A stretch of DNA of 41,175 bases from Octopus sinensis (Eukaryota), in the NCBI RefSeq assembly GCF_006345805.1, contig NW_021835292.1, positions 1-41,175 of the forward strand, read 5' to 3'. Of this stretch, positions 24,923-38,439 are shown in pieces (within the stretch, counting starts at the first letter, position 1; every line of letters starts with the position of its first letter). Made by a program: the position numbers and the translations under genes. The notes under the pieces are model-generated. The model made no database searches. It saw only the letters and a program-made list of their open reading frames with translations, and was not told where the DNA came from.

Positions 24923-25229
24923 ACATTTAACATATCACTCGAATTGATTTAAAATTTCATGTTTGGCTTCAGTGATATACATACTAATTTGGCGTACAAC
25001 TTCGCTTACAATAATACTTGCATACATCGTCAGTGTTGTGTCTTGGTTTAACAGGGGTTTTTTCCGGATCTTACAACTTACATTCTCGTTACATTATTGC
25101 TTTATTTTATCCAAAACCAAAGCTGACACACAGATTTCACAGAACAAATACCACAAAGAATTTTCCAGATGCTCGAGCAATTTTACTACTACACCGCCTT
25201 TAAACTTTTCAAACATAGGTAGGAAGAAT

Positions 25230-25425
25230 GGAAATTGCGGGGATAACAGTAGGGGCAATGACCCTAGGAGTCAACAAGTACCTTATCGATTCCGAAGGGA
25301 TGGAAAGTAAAGTTGACCTTGGCAGGTTTTATTTTTAATTCAGAACGTAAAAACAAAAAAAGAAACAAGAACAAGCACCGCAAAATTTTGTACGATGCTT
25401 TACCTATTCTGCCAGCACATGCCAC
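25230..25425 (-). mobile_element. Degenerate SINE family A copy
   Basis: Minus strand GCTGGCAGAAT...TTACGTTCTGAATT...AGGTCAACTTTACTTTCCATCCCTTCGGAATCGATAAGGTAC matches family A. Confidence 0.6.
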
Positions 25426-26994
25426 CTGCTTCGTATTTATAATAAGAAGTGTCTTGTAAAAAAAAATGTGTGAGTATGTTTATAATTGGATTTACATCGC
25501 TAATGCAGTTCTTGTCACCTTGTTCAAATATCTCTCAAAATGTTTTAGGCCGGCATTCATTGTAATCTAATATAATATTTCTCAGATGTACATTGTTACA
25601 GTTGCTGACAGCGTGTGAATTGTTAAACAACCTTATGGTGCTCAATTACAATTACAGTAAGCCAATGACACTTGCGTGGCCATGTAGACAGGTGCAGAGA
25701 ACGTACGATTCACTATTAATGTGCGAACAGTGGTGAACTATTAAACTACTCTGTGGGACTTATTTACAACTGAGCAAACTATGTGTGCCGATAACAGTCA
25801 AATGTATATGTCTAGTGGGGAAACGTAGCATCTATAAGAAATTTTCGATTCATTGTTAATGCATTTAACAACGGTAAACCATTAAACAACCCTATTGGAC
25901 CCACTTACAACTAAATAAGCTGAACCATTTGGTGTTAAATATTCTGGTCATGCGTTCAGGTGCAATGCCTAGGAGGATGTTAGAACTTACGATTTTTCTA
26001 TATACATACATACATACATACATGCATACATACATACATACATACATACATACATACATACATACATACATACATACATACAAAGAATGTTAACTGACAG
26101 GAAGAATATCTGATTTCTTCTTCATATTCTTTTAATGCATAAACATTCAGACATATAGCGGAATATTATGAAAATGAAAAAAATAATAACTGAAGGGAAA
26201 AGTAAAGCAGTTTTCCGATGAAAAAACTTTCTCACAGTTCTGTAAAGACATGTTAAAGAAACGTAATAAAGCAGACGTCACTTTCTGAATATAGTGCATT
26301 GATTTCTATAACAGTTTGTGACCTATGGGCAAATTACTTGTGTATTACTACGCACAAAGGAAATTATTTTATTCACATGTTTCTTTTGACAGATTTCATC
26401 AAGAGAATAAACGTTTTGTTATATTTCTGGATATTCCACGCGTTATTCCACATTGGCTCAATTCACTTCGTTATCGGAAATAGATACTAGATTTCTGAGA
26501 AAAGGCCAATAGGTCTGATCACCCACTGATACGTACGTACCTGTAGTCACAACAAAAGACCAATATATTGACTATTTATATCACAAACATGTGAAGTGCA
26601 AAAAGTTTCTATTCCTTTGCTGTCATTAACATGCAGACAGTGAGTTCAAATCCTGCTGTGCTAATTCAAAATGTAACATGACTCTTTTTTTCATACTCTT
26701 CTTTCAAAATCGTGAGTATGTTTCATCCGCATACGCAGTTTTAACTAGCCGATGATAGGAACCATAGAGCGGTCTCACGGCTTGCTAGAAAATAGCAGCC
26801 AAATCTCCCTCAAATTGCACCATACTGTCTTTAAAGAAACATAAAAGTAGCGTCACTTTGAATATTGTGGTGCAATATGCATTTTGTCTGTAAACCAAGA
26901 TGGAAGGTTACGTTTGGATCGTTATTGATCATAAGCCTACTGTATCATGGATGCCCTGGGGCTAAGCAATCACAAAGATTCCTGATTTAAGCTA

Positions 26995-27190
26995 AAAGTC
27001 AGCAAGTTTGAGGCAAAGGGGAGTACTCGATACCATAGACTCAGTGCTACATTGGTACTTTACTTCATCGATCTCGGAGAGATGATCGGTAAAGTTAATC
27101 TTGGTATGATTTGAACTCAAAACATAAAGAGTCGAAAATAAAAAATGCAAGGCATTTTTTCCGACACTGTCGCTGTTAACTCGGTAACAA
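26995..27190 (-). mobile_element. Degenerate SINE family A copy
   Basis: Minus strand CTTTATGTTTTGAGTTCAAATC...GATCGATGAAGTAAAGTACCA matches family A. Confidence 0.55.
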
Positions 27191-27662
27191 TGTCTATATA
27201 ATAATAGCCGATATAAATCAATATTGGTTGGTTGGTTGGTTGCTTGCTTGGTTGGTTGCTTGCTTGCTTGCTTAATTGCTTGCTTCCTTGATAGATTGAT
27301 TTCCCCGGACACATTTTACGCCTTATAGTGAGAGAGGGAAGTGCAAAAGAGAGATACGGTGAGAGTTAAAGTAAAAAGTGAAAGCTATGTGCACATACTA
27401 GGCTTGTTGAAATGCAATGAGTAAAAAGAATGCTAGGCACACACGGCGAGCGAGAAAGAATTATCCAAAAAGAGGAGGAAAAGGAAGAAGCGAAGGAATA
27501 AAAGAAAGAGTATTTATGTGAGGAGTTAAACAAGTAAGAAGCAAGTTGTTCTCAGAAGACAATATACAACAGCGATTAGCATATTCAGGTTCGAATATAC
27601 CGGGAAGCATTAAGAATAAATATCCAAGTTATTGTTTTGTTTATCTAATTTCATTTTAAGAT

Positions 27663-28092
27663 AAGGGTGTTATGGTCTATGAGGCTTATTTCCCAACACA
27701 TGGTTCCGAGTTCAGTAACACTGCGTGGCTCCTTCGGGAAATGTCTTTCACTATAGCCTCGGGCCCACCAAACCCTTGCGATTTGATTTGGTAGACGGAA
27801 ACTGAAAGATGCCAATCGTATTTGTGTGTGTGTGTGTAAGCGCGCGTGTATTTATGCTCATATATATGTAGGTATATACGCATATATGTGTGTGTATGTC
27901 TGTGTGTGTGTCTGTGTATATGTCTGTGACCCACCACCGCTTGAAAGCCGTAACTTAGCAGTTCGGCAAAACAGACTGATAGAATAAGTAAATAAATAAA
28001 TATTGCGGTCGATTCATTCGACGAGAAAATTCTTCTACACGGTGCCCCAGTATGACCGCAATTTAATTTAATACCTGAAACGAATAACAGAC
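27663..28092 (+). mobile_element. Composite SINE (diverged) with internal (TG)/(TA)n
   Basis: Head CACATGGTTCCGAGTTCAGT...GGTAGACGGAAACTGAAAGA, then a microsatellite, then tail CGTAACTTAGCAGTTCGGCAAAA. Confidence 0.75.
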
Positions 28093-28171
28093 AAAATATA
28101 TTTTCTCTTGAAAATCAGTAATCGATTCATGGGTTCGATTAAGCACCAAGAGATATGATAAAAGTTTTTAT

Positions 28172-28538
28172 TGTGGCACTGTGTCGGTTACGACGACGAG
28201 GGTTCCTGTTGATCCGATGAACGGAACAGCCTGCTTGTGAAATTAACGTGCAAGTGGCTGAGCACTCCACAGACACGTGTATCCTTAACGTAGTTCGCGG
28301 GGAGATTCAGCGTCACACAGAGTGTGACAAGGCTGGCCCTTTGAAATACAGGTACAACAGAAACAGGAAGAAAGAGTGAGAGAAAGTTGTGGTGAAGGAG
28401 TACAGTAGGGGTCGCCACCCCCCCCTGCTGGACCTCGTGAAGCTTTAGGAGTTTTCACTCAATAAGTACTCACAAGGCCAGGTTTGGGAATCGAAACCGC
28501 GAGTCCGCTGCCCTAAACCACTAGGCCATTGCGCCTCC
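28172..28538 (-). mobile_element. tRNA-derived SINE, family D
   Basis: Minus strand begins GGAGGCGCAATGGCCTAGTGGTTTAGGGCAGCGGAC (A box TGGCCTAGTGG) with B box GGTTTCGATTCCC. About 370-bp body. It has no full cloverleaf, so it is not called a tRNA gene. Confidence 0.75.
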
Positions 28539-28971
28539 ATAGTTAAATTGTTACCATTGTATGTATACCATGTTTTTTTTATATATTTCCCTTAGTAGCT
28601 AAAGCATATTTCCAGAGCCGTCATTTTACGGGTAAAACTACAGTGTTATAATAATTTTGGCGTGATTCGTACAGTTAAGTAACATGTAATCTTTGGGAAG
28701 CTTTACTGATTTGTGATAACATTATTTGACTTCTAATATCCAGTCTGAAGCCATTTCAGTTTAATTACATTCCAACGCATGTATTAATATCCATAAAATT
28801 GCCGTTCCTGCCATAAAATTTACACCTCTTCGTCTTGTGCCTTAGCAAAAATAGTAAGCCTTTGTGCCGAATCAATAATTTACCATTGTTTTATTGCCTG
28901 TGTATGTGTGTGTCTGTATGTGTCTGCGTGTGTCTGTGTGTGTATCTTTGTGCCTGCATATGTCTCTGTAT

Positions 28972-29063
28972 AAGGAGGCGAGCAGGCAGAAACGTTAGCA
29001 CGCCGGGCGAAAAGCTTAGCAGTATTTCGTCTACCGCTACGTTCTGAGTTCAAATTCCGCCGA
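28972..29063 (+). mobile_element. 3'-truncated SINE family A head
   Basis: GGCAGAAACGTTAGCACGCCGGGCGAAA...GTTCTGAGTTCAAATTCCGCCGA, broken by (TA)n/(GA)n. Confidence 0.8.
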
Positions 29064-29066
29064 TAT

Positions 29067-29153
<87 letters not shown>

Positions 29154-29186
29154 GTATACAGATATATATGTATGTATGCATGCATG

Positions 29187-29675
29187 TATGGGAGGGATTG
29201 TGCATGAGGGGACAGCCACTTTTGGGGGATCTCGAGTTGCACATGGGGGGTGGGGGATGTCGGGAGGGGCATCGCTGTTGCACTTCCAGAAGGGAAGGGT
29301 CTTCCTTTGATGCTGACATGCAAGACCCTGCCCCAGTAAAGCTGGACTCAAGAGTCATCTTCGTAGTCATAAAACGAGACAGATGAGTGACGGCCTGGCC
29401 ACTGGTGGTGGTGTGACACACCATACTAATCATATCTGTCGGGCATGTGGAGGAGAGTGTGATCCGACAGGAGGACTTGGGCGACATGCAGGGGTACATG
29501 AAGCCCGGTTGCAGCTGCAGCCGGCTGTTGCCGGTAAAGGTTTTGGTTGCCAATTTTGTACAATACATTGTAGATCTTTGACTGGGCTGGAGGGTCGTAT
29601 TTGATCACAGCACCAGCAACAGTTGAGCTTCGTTCAATGGCCATACTCGATAACGAGGAGGCAGCCATAATAATG
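29187..29675 (+). mobile_element. RTE-like LINE 3' end with three C2H2 zinc-finger remnants
   Basis: One frame gives ...ARPCPSKAGLKSHLRSH...HICRACGGECDPTGGLGRHAGVH...FGCQFCTIHCRSLTGLEGRI*SQH. It ends GGCCATACTCGATAACGAGGAGGCAGCC followed by ATAATAAT, resembling an RTE-type short 3'UTR and triplet tail. Confidence 0.65.
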
Positions 29676-30254
29676 TATACAGAGGAAGAGAAAGAGAGAG
29701 GGTGTGAGCTTCCATATAAATCGGCATAAAGCGCAATTTCCTTTTTATTACTTATTTATCACCGAAATGCCACGAAATGTTCGTGGCAAGAATTCCAAAA
29801 GTCTCGAATGACCATCTTCATTTAGTATGTTTGTGTTTCTTGCATTTTGTTTGACTCAATAAAATAAATTCCAAAGAACTAAGACTTTTTACGTATGTAC
29901 ATACGTACATACATATATACACACATATATAAATATATATGTGTGTGTGTGTGTGTGTAAATACACTCATGCTTTGAGTTCTATTTTTCCACATGTACAC
30001 ACGCCTACTCAAGTACATAAATATACACATACATATTTACATATGATATATATTATAATATATATATATGTGTGTGTGTGTGTCTGTGTGTGTGTACGCG
30101 TATGTATGTATGTACGTCCGTATATGGCAGGGTATTTTTCTACATGTATGAAAGCTTATTCCGTAATAAGATTGATGTTGCAAGTTATAACTAATACTAT
30201 AAAATTCTTCGATCTGTTTTAGAAGCAGTAGCAGCAGCAGTATCATTATCAGTA

Positions 30255-30255
30255 A

Positions 30256-30311
<56 letters not shown>

Positions 30312-30318
30312 TAGTAGT
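30255..30318. repeat. (TAG)n microsatellite
   Basis: Direct inspection. Confidence 0.95.
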
Positions 30319-30831
30319 ACCACTACGTTGCTTGTAGTTGCTGTCAACGAATATTATTGTTTGTTTTAATGGAGGTCATTTTAGTTCCTTTGTTTTGCAA
30401 GAAGCAAGTTTTACATTATTATTCAATCACATTAAAGTAGCCTTCTTTCTCTTCTTTTCTCGCTCGTTTTTCTCCTCCTCCTCATCCTTGTCCTCTTTCT
30501 TCTTTGTCTTCGTTAATTTTGTTTCTTTCTTTGTTCAGGTGTCTTCTTTTGTCCATTTGTGCATTTTTCTTCCCAAGTTATTTTTCCTTCCAATTTTATT
30601 AGGCGATGCAAGTGGCATACATTCATACATATATACATACATAGCCATAGAGGAGATAGATGGACAGATAGATAGATATACATATACACGGCCATATATA
30701 TATATATATATATACCTTTATGCATGCATATAAAAGACATCAGAAAACTTATTTACATTTTCTCCCGTCCTTTAATCATTTTTTGTTCCACTTAAATGCA
30801 TACACACACACACAATCATACATACATACTT

Positions 30832-30906
<75 letters not shown>

Positions 30907-31891
30907 TATATATCAGCGCACACTATATTTATCGTCGGCATATTTTTTATATCATTATATTTCCATTTATCCATTATGAATAAATCAATAGAGTCCATCT
31001 TATTATTGAAGTGGTTTAAACCAATATTTATAATTTTCTCATTAAAATTTCCTATTATCGATGTGTTGCTGGGGCACAAGGCTACATCTATTCACGAGGA
31101 AAGATAAACTTCATGTCGTGATCTTCATGCTTTGCCCGAAACACATGAAGAAATTTTCATTTTAAATTTCTTTCTTGCGATTTTTTATCTTAGAATGTAC
31201 TTTCCACATATGTGGTATATACATCATGTATTCATGCCTTGTTCCCACTTCATTTTCTGTTTTGGCCACATTAAATGCAGCAAACGTCAGTCCGAAGGGA
31301 GAACCCAGAGCTACTCCATCATATTGTTTGCTTTATATAACGTTCCTCGCAGACAGCAAATTTGCTTTTATACAGGACAGATAATTTGATCAGTTTTTTT
31401 TAGCAGGCTTAGAAAGAGGTTGCATTACCGGGTATTTGTGTACATTATTTAATAAACTTTCTATTATAATAGAAATTACAATTATTTCTGTCATGTAACA
31501 TTCGTGTGTCTTTCCACATTGGAAAGATTAATTGCTCTGTTAGTTTCTTCTAAGATCTCAAAGTCGTCTTCCGGTGAACATATAATAATACTTCTTCTCT
31601 GTTTGTCTAACTGCCTGTCTGTCTGCCTAAATGTCTGCCTGTCTCTCCCTTCTCTCGCTTTCTCCTTCTTTCTCTCTCTTTTCCTCTCTGTCTCTCTCAT
31701 TATGAAAATACAAACAACAAATAATGTATACATGCATTTATGTATTATATATCCATACGTATGTATGTATGTACGTACGCATGTATTTTCGTACGTATGC
31801 ATGTATGCAGTTATGTACTTTTATATGTATACATGTATGCATTTTAGTACATATACATATGTATGTTTGTTTCTATTGTGTATGTATGTAC

Positions 31892-32290
31892 TCTTTTATT
31901 ATTTTATTCTTTTACTTGTTTCAGTCATTTGACTGCGGCCATGCTGGAGCACCGCCTTTAGTCGAGCAAATCGACCCCAAGACTTATTCTTTGTAAGCCT
32001 AGTACTTATTCTATCGGTCTCTTTTGCCGAACTGCTGGTTACGGGAACGTAAACGCACAAGCATCGGTTGTCAAGCGATGTTGGGGGGACAAACACAGAC
32101 ACACAAACACATATGTATATATATATACGACGGGCTTCTTTCAGATTCCGTCTCCCAAATCCACTCACAAGGCTTTGGTCGGCCCGAGGCTATAGTAGAA
32201 GACACTTGCCCAAGGTGCCACGCAGTGGGACTGAACCCGGAACCATGTGGTTGGTAGACAGGCTACTTACCACACAGCCACTCCTGCGCC
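31892..32290 (-). mobile_element. Composite SINE with short internal (CA)/(TA)n
   Basis: Reverse complement of the 21225-21648 element, with both head and tail well preserved. Confidence 0.88.
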
Positions 32291-32310
32291 TATATATATA
32301 TATATATATA

Positions 32311-32403
32311 GGCTTTGGTCGGGCGAGGCTATACTAGAAGACACTTGCCCAAGGTTCCACGCAGTGGGACTGAACCCGGAATCATGTGGTTGGTAAGCAA
32401 GCT
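32311..32403 (-). mobile_element. Partial second head of the composite SINE
   Basis: Duplicates the ~32170-32265 segment. Confidence 0.8.
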
Positions 32404-32414
32404 AAACGTGCTAA

Positions 32415-32625
32415 GATGGCGTTCTTGCAAAACCGTTACCACTCCGGGCAAAATGCTTGGCGGCATTTCGTTCGTCTTTACGCTCTGAGTCCAAATTCCA
32501 GCTGAGTCGACTTTGCCTTTCATCTTTTCAGAGTCAATAAAATAAGTTCGAGTCGAGCACTGGAGTCTGGATAGTGTACTTATACGATCCCCGAAATTGC
32601 TGGCCTTGTGCCAAAATTTAAAACC
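32415..32625 (+). mobile_element. Degenerate SINE family A copy, head-to-head with the partial SINE head
   Basis: CCGGGCAAAATGCTTGGCGGCATTTCGTTCGTCTTTACGCTCTGAGTCCAAATTCC...GTCGACTTTGCCTTTCATC. Confidence 0.75.
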
Positions 32626-33461
32626 TATTTCTAAACTTGCTCACATGCATTCAGGTATGTAGGTATGCATGCATATACGCATGCATGTACGCATGTCTGA
32701 ACACACATATACGCATCACTGTATACATAGATCTCATTTGATATGTGGAGGTGTATATTTTTCACTTCAGAGCATACGCAAACATTTTTGCGTTCTATAT
32801 GTTTGCATTTGTATGTCTATACGTTTGTGTGTTCACTCATAATATCATATATTTTGACACGGTTCACATGTAAGCATAGTAGTTTTAATGGCTTGAAGCT
32901 CAGATTTTCAAATTAATCATGCTCTTTCTGATTTTGTGAAGCCATGGATTAGTGCTGTGAAGAACTTCGCTACGTATGTACATACATACATACATGCATG
33001 CATACATAATACATACATACATACATACATACATACTACATAACATACATACATACATACTACATACATACATACATACATTACATACATACAACATACA
33101 TACATACATACATATAGACATATATATATATATATATAATATAATATATATATATATATATATATATGCCCTTATATATAAATTAATATGTTCAATAAGA
33201 AGAATTATTTTCGAAATTTTTCTCTTATGAGGTTTTTCACGCTATCTACCCGAAAATTTCTTGTTAGTTTTCCTTATTAAGAAGTTGTCCTTAATTGCTA
33301 AATTTTTATTCCGAAAAAACTTTTCCTTTCCCGAAATGCAATTCGTAAAAGTCTGACATTTACCGGATGTAATATATGTAAACTAACCCATGTGCGTCGT
33401 TGATGTTGATCAGTTGGCTGCCCGGCTTTGACGATGTAGGGTCGTTTATTTAATACGTCCA

Positions 33462-33508
33462 GACTTGCTGATGAATACAGAGGTATGAAATCACAGGTGA
33501 TACAAGTC
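33462..33508 (+). ncRNA. Type I hammerhead ribozyme
   Basis: GACUUG CUGAUGA AUAC-AGAG-GUAU GAAA UCA-CAGG-UGA U A|CAAGUC. All three stems are Watson-Crick paired and the core is intact. Predicted cleavage after A33502 (AUA triplet). Confidence 0.85.
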
Positions 33509-33624
33509 CATATTTTAAATGTCTTACTTTGAAAAATTGCATTCGGTGGGATTAGTAAATTTTTGGTAGAAATGACTAATTTTGTCCCTCTTAGCGTGTG
33601 GCATGTATGTATAATAATGCCCTC

Positions 33625-33667
<43 letters not shown>

Positions 33668-33702
33668 AATATATATATAGATATAATATATTATATATGT
33701 AG

Positions 33703-33802
<100 letters not shown>

Positions 33803-33818
33803 ATCATATACATATATT

Positions 33819-34026
33819 AAGCTAATCCAAACATGAAAACACAAAGAGAACACAACAACGCGAGGACGTGGAACAAGTATAGTATATTGGACGCTCAGGA
33901 AAGAAGTAAAGAAGAGAGGTTAACGCCGCTTCAGCGGAGCTCTTCGTCAGAAACAAACATAGGAAGGGAAAGATCCCAAAAAGGGAAGACGGAGGAAAAA
34001 AACGGTCACACGCAGTCACCCACCAC
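33819..34026 (-). mobile_element. Penelope-like terminal-repeat remnant (copy 2), between (TA)n runs
   Basis: Similar to 3627-3799. Its hammerhead core is decayed (CUGACGA...GAAG). Confidence 0.6.
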
Positions 34027-34199
34027 ACACATATATATATGGTATATATATATATATTAATATATACATGTATATATATACATGTATATATATATCATGT
34101 ATATATATATATATAATACATATACATGTATATATATATATATATATTATATATATAATATATATATAATGTATAAATATATATATATATATATAATTG

Positions 34200-34758
<559 letters not shown>

Positions 34759-35588
34759 CTCTTCAGATGATGGCACTTATCAGACTAGTCTTCTTCCTTC
34801 GGAATTTCGAAATCCTTAAAATGTAGATGATGTGATTCAAGGTTTACATTCGTACATGGGGAGAATGGAAATTGGGTGCTTGATAAAACCCCATTTTTCC
34901 TGTTTTGGTCAACATAATAGAAATACTTAGGTGAGTGACTGGAACAGATATGGGAGAGCAATGGAAATGGTATAAAAGGATGCGTTGACTAACCAGTCAA
35001 AATTTGCAGAAAAGATTCAATGGGTTATTGAGGAAGAAAACCAAATGAAGGGCGTATATATACGTATATATATGTGTGTGTATACATATATATATATGTA
35101 TATATATGTGTGTGTGAGTGTGTTTATACATTATAGATGTTTATATATATACACACATATATATATACATATATATTTGTATGTATATATATATATATTT
35201 ATATATGTACATATATGTATGCACATAGATATAAATAAATATGTATATATATATATAAATACATATATATACACATGTATATATGTATATACATATGTAC
35301 ATATATATTATATGTGTGTGTAGATATATGCAGATATGTATGTACGTATGTACGTATGTATGTATGCATGTGTTTGTGTATGTATGTATGCACGGGATAT
35401 TGAAGAACAGATAAACGATTCAATATCAGACACTATAAAAACGTCAATAAACAAACAAAGGTAACAGAATTAGTATCGCCAATAAAAAAAACCTCTGCGT
35501 ACTCCCTTTGTATATATATGTATATATGTAGGTCTATATATATAGATATATATATATATAAAAAATAATATATATATAATATATATAT

Positions 35589-35762
35589 AATAGGGTATAT
35601 AATGGGAGGTTATATACATTTAGGTGGTTGCATATCGATGAATATAATATATATATTAGGGTATATAATGGAGGTCATATACATTTAGGGTGGTTGCATA
35701 TCGAGAATATATATATATATAATATAATATATATATATATATTATTAGGGTATATTTTGGGA
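35589..35762. repeat. Minisatellite, ~65-85-bp unit, about 2.3 copies
   Basis: TAGGGTATATAATGG(G)AGGT(T/C)ATATACATTTAGG(G)TGGTTGCATATCGA occurs twice, with a third TAGGGTATAT start. Confidence 0.8.
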
Positions 35763-36060
35763 GATTATATACAATATAGGCGATTTTATATCGATATATA
35801 TACAATTATATATATATATATATATATATATAGCTACAAATGTGTGTGCATGTATATGTATGAACAAGCATGTGTGTTTTTGTATCTTATATGTATATGG
35901 AAGATATAAATTGGAAAACGGTTGAAAATGAGTTAAATTTTAAACATATGTATATATTATGTTTAAATGAAATCGGTCTTTTTTTTAACAAAATGAGTAA
36001 ATAGTTTTTTCTTCATAATTTTATATATATATGTATATATGTGTGTGTGTGTCTGTGTGT

Positions 36061-36143
<83 letters not shown>

Positions 36144-37458
36144 CAAAACTATGTTTTCACATAAATGTTTTCCTATAATATTTTTATTGAAAATATATAA
36201 GTTTTATTTTCTTCTTTTCTTTTACTCGCAAGTTGAAATTTACGTATATATAGCACTAGAAAATAAAGTGAGAAAGAAACGATCATTTGTTATTTAGAGT
36301 TTTTAGAGATTCTCGTATGGAAAAACGTTTTAAAGTATAAATTTTTTTTGTATGTTGCGGCCAAAAGAGATTTTGTACTTGAAGAAATATTATACGTGGT
36401 TAAGTAAATATATTTGCCTCTCATACCTACTGACATTTTATGGATTATACACTCTTCGTTGAATAATTTCATCGAACGGATCTTCTGGATTTCAGAAGCC
36501 TGGAATTCTGCATTATACTCTTCCCTACTGGAAGAGTCTGTTAGCCGAGTCCGTTAGTGGAGCTTTCTGTGATTGACCACTCAATTCTACTCCTCTGTAC
36601 ATTACTCTTCAAATGAATATATATACAATGCATATATATATATGTATTATATATATATAATATATATATATATATAATATATATAATATATATATATATA
36701 TATATTCTGCCTACAAATTAATAATTTTTTTTTTTTCTATTTTCTATATTTTAAACAATATTTTTAACACTATACTCCATATTACAACCTTGCATCTACG
36801 ACCACTTATGAAGAAAATACTTACACACAGCTTATTATCTATACCCCCGTTTTTCCTTAACTATCACAATATACAGACTTATATCTTCTTATAATTAGCA
36901 ACGCTTGTAATTAGCGCCACAGTTAGTATTAGTGGGCTACATCAGCGTTTTAATGAATTAGACTTCACCATTCCTGTTAATTACTAACTCACCATTAATA
37001 AGTTTCATTAGTCCGAGAGAGATTTAACTCTTCGTGACGTTCTTACTACAGTTTTACAATAATTGGATTAAGAATCTCAAGATAACTTATTTTAATTTAA
37101 ATACTTGCAGTTAGATTTCTCTTAAACAGAAATACCAATGTGTGTGTGTCTGTGTGTGTGTGTGTGTGCGTGCGTGCGTGTGTGTGTGTGTGTGTGTGTG
37201 TGCGTGTGTGTGTGCGTGCGTGCGTGCGTGTGTGATTGTGTCTGTATATAATTTTCTTCCAAGCTTTAAATTCTTTTCTTTATTCTACTTCTTCTACCTT
37301 TTGCTTCTGATGAATGAATAGAGTCCGAAACGTTAAGATTTTTTTTCTTTCTATTACGCGTTAAACTATTACATTTGGTAAAACCTCGCCTCTCCTATGT
37401 TTTTTTCTTTCTTTGTTTTTTTTCTTTCATTGGTCTTCATTGCTTTCACAATATGTGA

Positions 37459-37674
37459 AGTCAGAGAGCTGGCAGAAACGTTAGCTCGGCGGACGAAATT
37501 GTTAGCGGTATTTCGTCTGTCTTTATGTTCTAAGTTCAAATTCCACCGAGATCGACTTTGCCTTTCATCCATTTGGGGTCGATAAATTAAGTACCAGTCG
37601 CGTACTGGGTTCGATCTAATCGACTGGCCCCTTCCCCAAAAACTTCGGGCCTTGTGCCTAGAGTAGAAAAGAAT
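37459..37674 (+). mobile_element. SINE family A, near full length
   Basis: GAGCTGGCAGAAACGTTAG...GTTCAAATTCC...TCGACTTTGCCTTTCATCC...GGGGTCGATAAATTAAGTACCAG...GGCCTTGTGCCTAGAGTAGAAAAGAAT. Confidence 0.85.
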
Positions 37675-37741
37675 ATGTGTGCGTGCAATATATGTTTGTA
37701 CTTACGTATATATAAGTATGTGTGTATATTATGTGTGTGAG

Positions 37742-37776
<35 letters not shown>

Positions 37777-37787
37777 GAGTATGTATA

Positions 37788-37827
<40 letters not shown>

Positions 37828-38380
37828 TATTATATATATATATATATATGTATGTTATACATGTCTTTGTCAGTGTGTGTGTATGTAAACATGTACAAGT
37901 GTATATGCATATATCTACATATGATTTATAAATCATAATCTATAAACTTATCTTTAAAATTAATAATGATAGCAATGATGATCATAAACTACATGTTAAC
38001 TATATTAATCATATAAAACCTATAATAATTCAAAATCAACTTTAATAAAGGGAATTAATTAATGATAATAATCATTCCCCATATTATGAAAAAATTTCAA
38101 TCCCTTTTTCACTTATGTCTCATTTGAAAATGTTTCGTAACTTTAATACGTTAAACCATGACAACGATGCTGATCACAACTGACTTCACGGTTTTTATGG
38201 TAAATTCTTTATTGACTATGTGAAGTATATTTGTCATCTCAACACGGCTAATCACTAAGGGTGGGTGTTACGGTAGCTTGTAGCCCCAGTAGAACATCTT
38301 CTCCAGCTGGCTATAGACACACTTTCTGTGCCCTATTGGTATTTGCAAAGGGAGGTGTCATCCTTCCCTCGTCAACCTAA

Positions 38381-38439
38381 GTGATACGCACGGACTGCAG
38401 TTTCTGGATATTGATCCGTCATCAGCGCACGACAATCAC
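38381..38439 (-). ncRNA. Type I hammerhead ribozyme with extended stem I and palindromic stem III
   Basis: Minus strand reads GUGAU UGU CGUGCG CUGAUGA C-GGAU-CAAU-AUCC-A GAAA CUGCAG U C|CGUGCG U AUCAC. The core is intact with a GUC cleavage triplet. There is a C/A mismatch at the base of stem II. Confidence 0.75.

Noticed and set aside
28440-28538. tRNA gene candidates (also 1330-1403 and 21225-21295)
   Set aside because: They have A/B boxes but no complete cloverleaf, and they continue into SINE bodies.
34765-34790. CAGAUGAUGGCACUUAUCAGACUAGUC hammerhead-like relic
   Set aside because: The core is mutated (CAGAUGA, GAAA lost) and stem I is absent.
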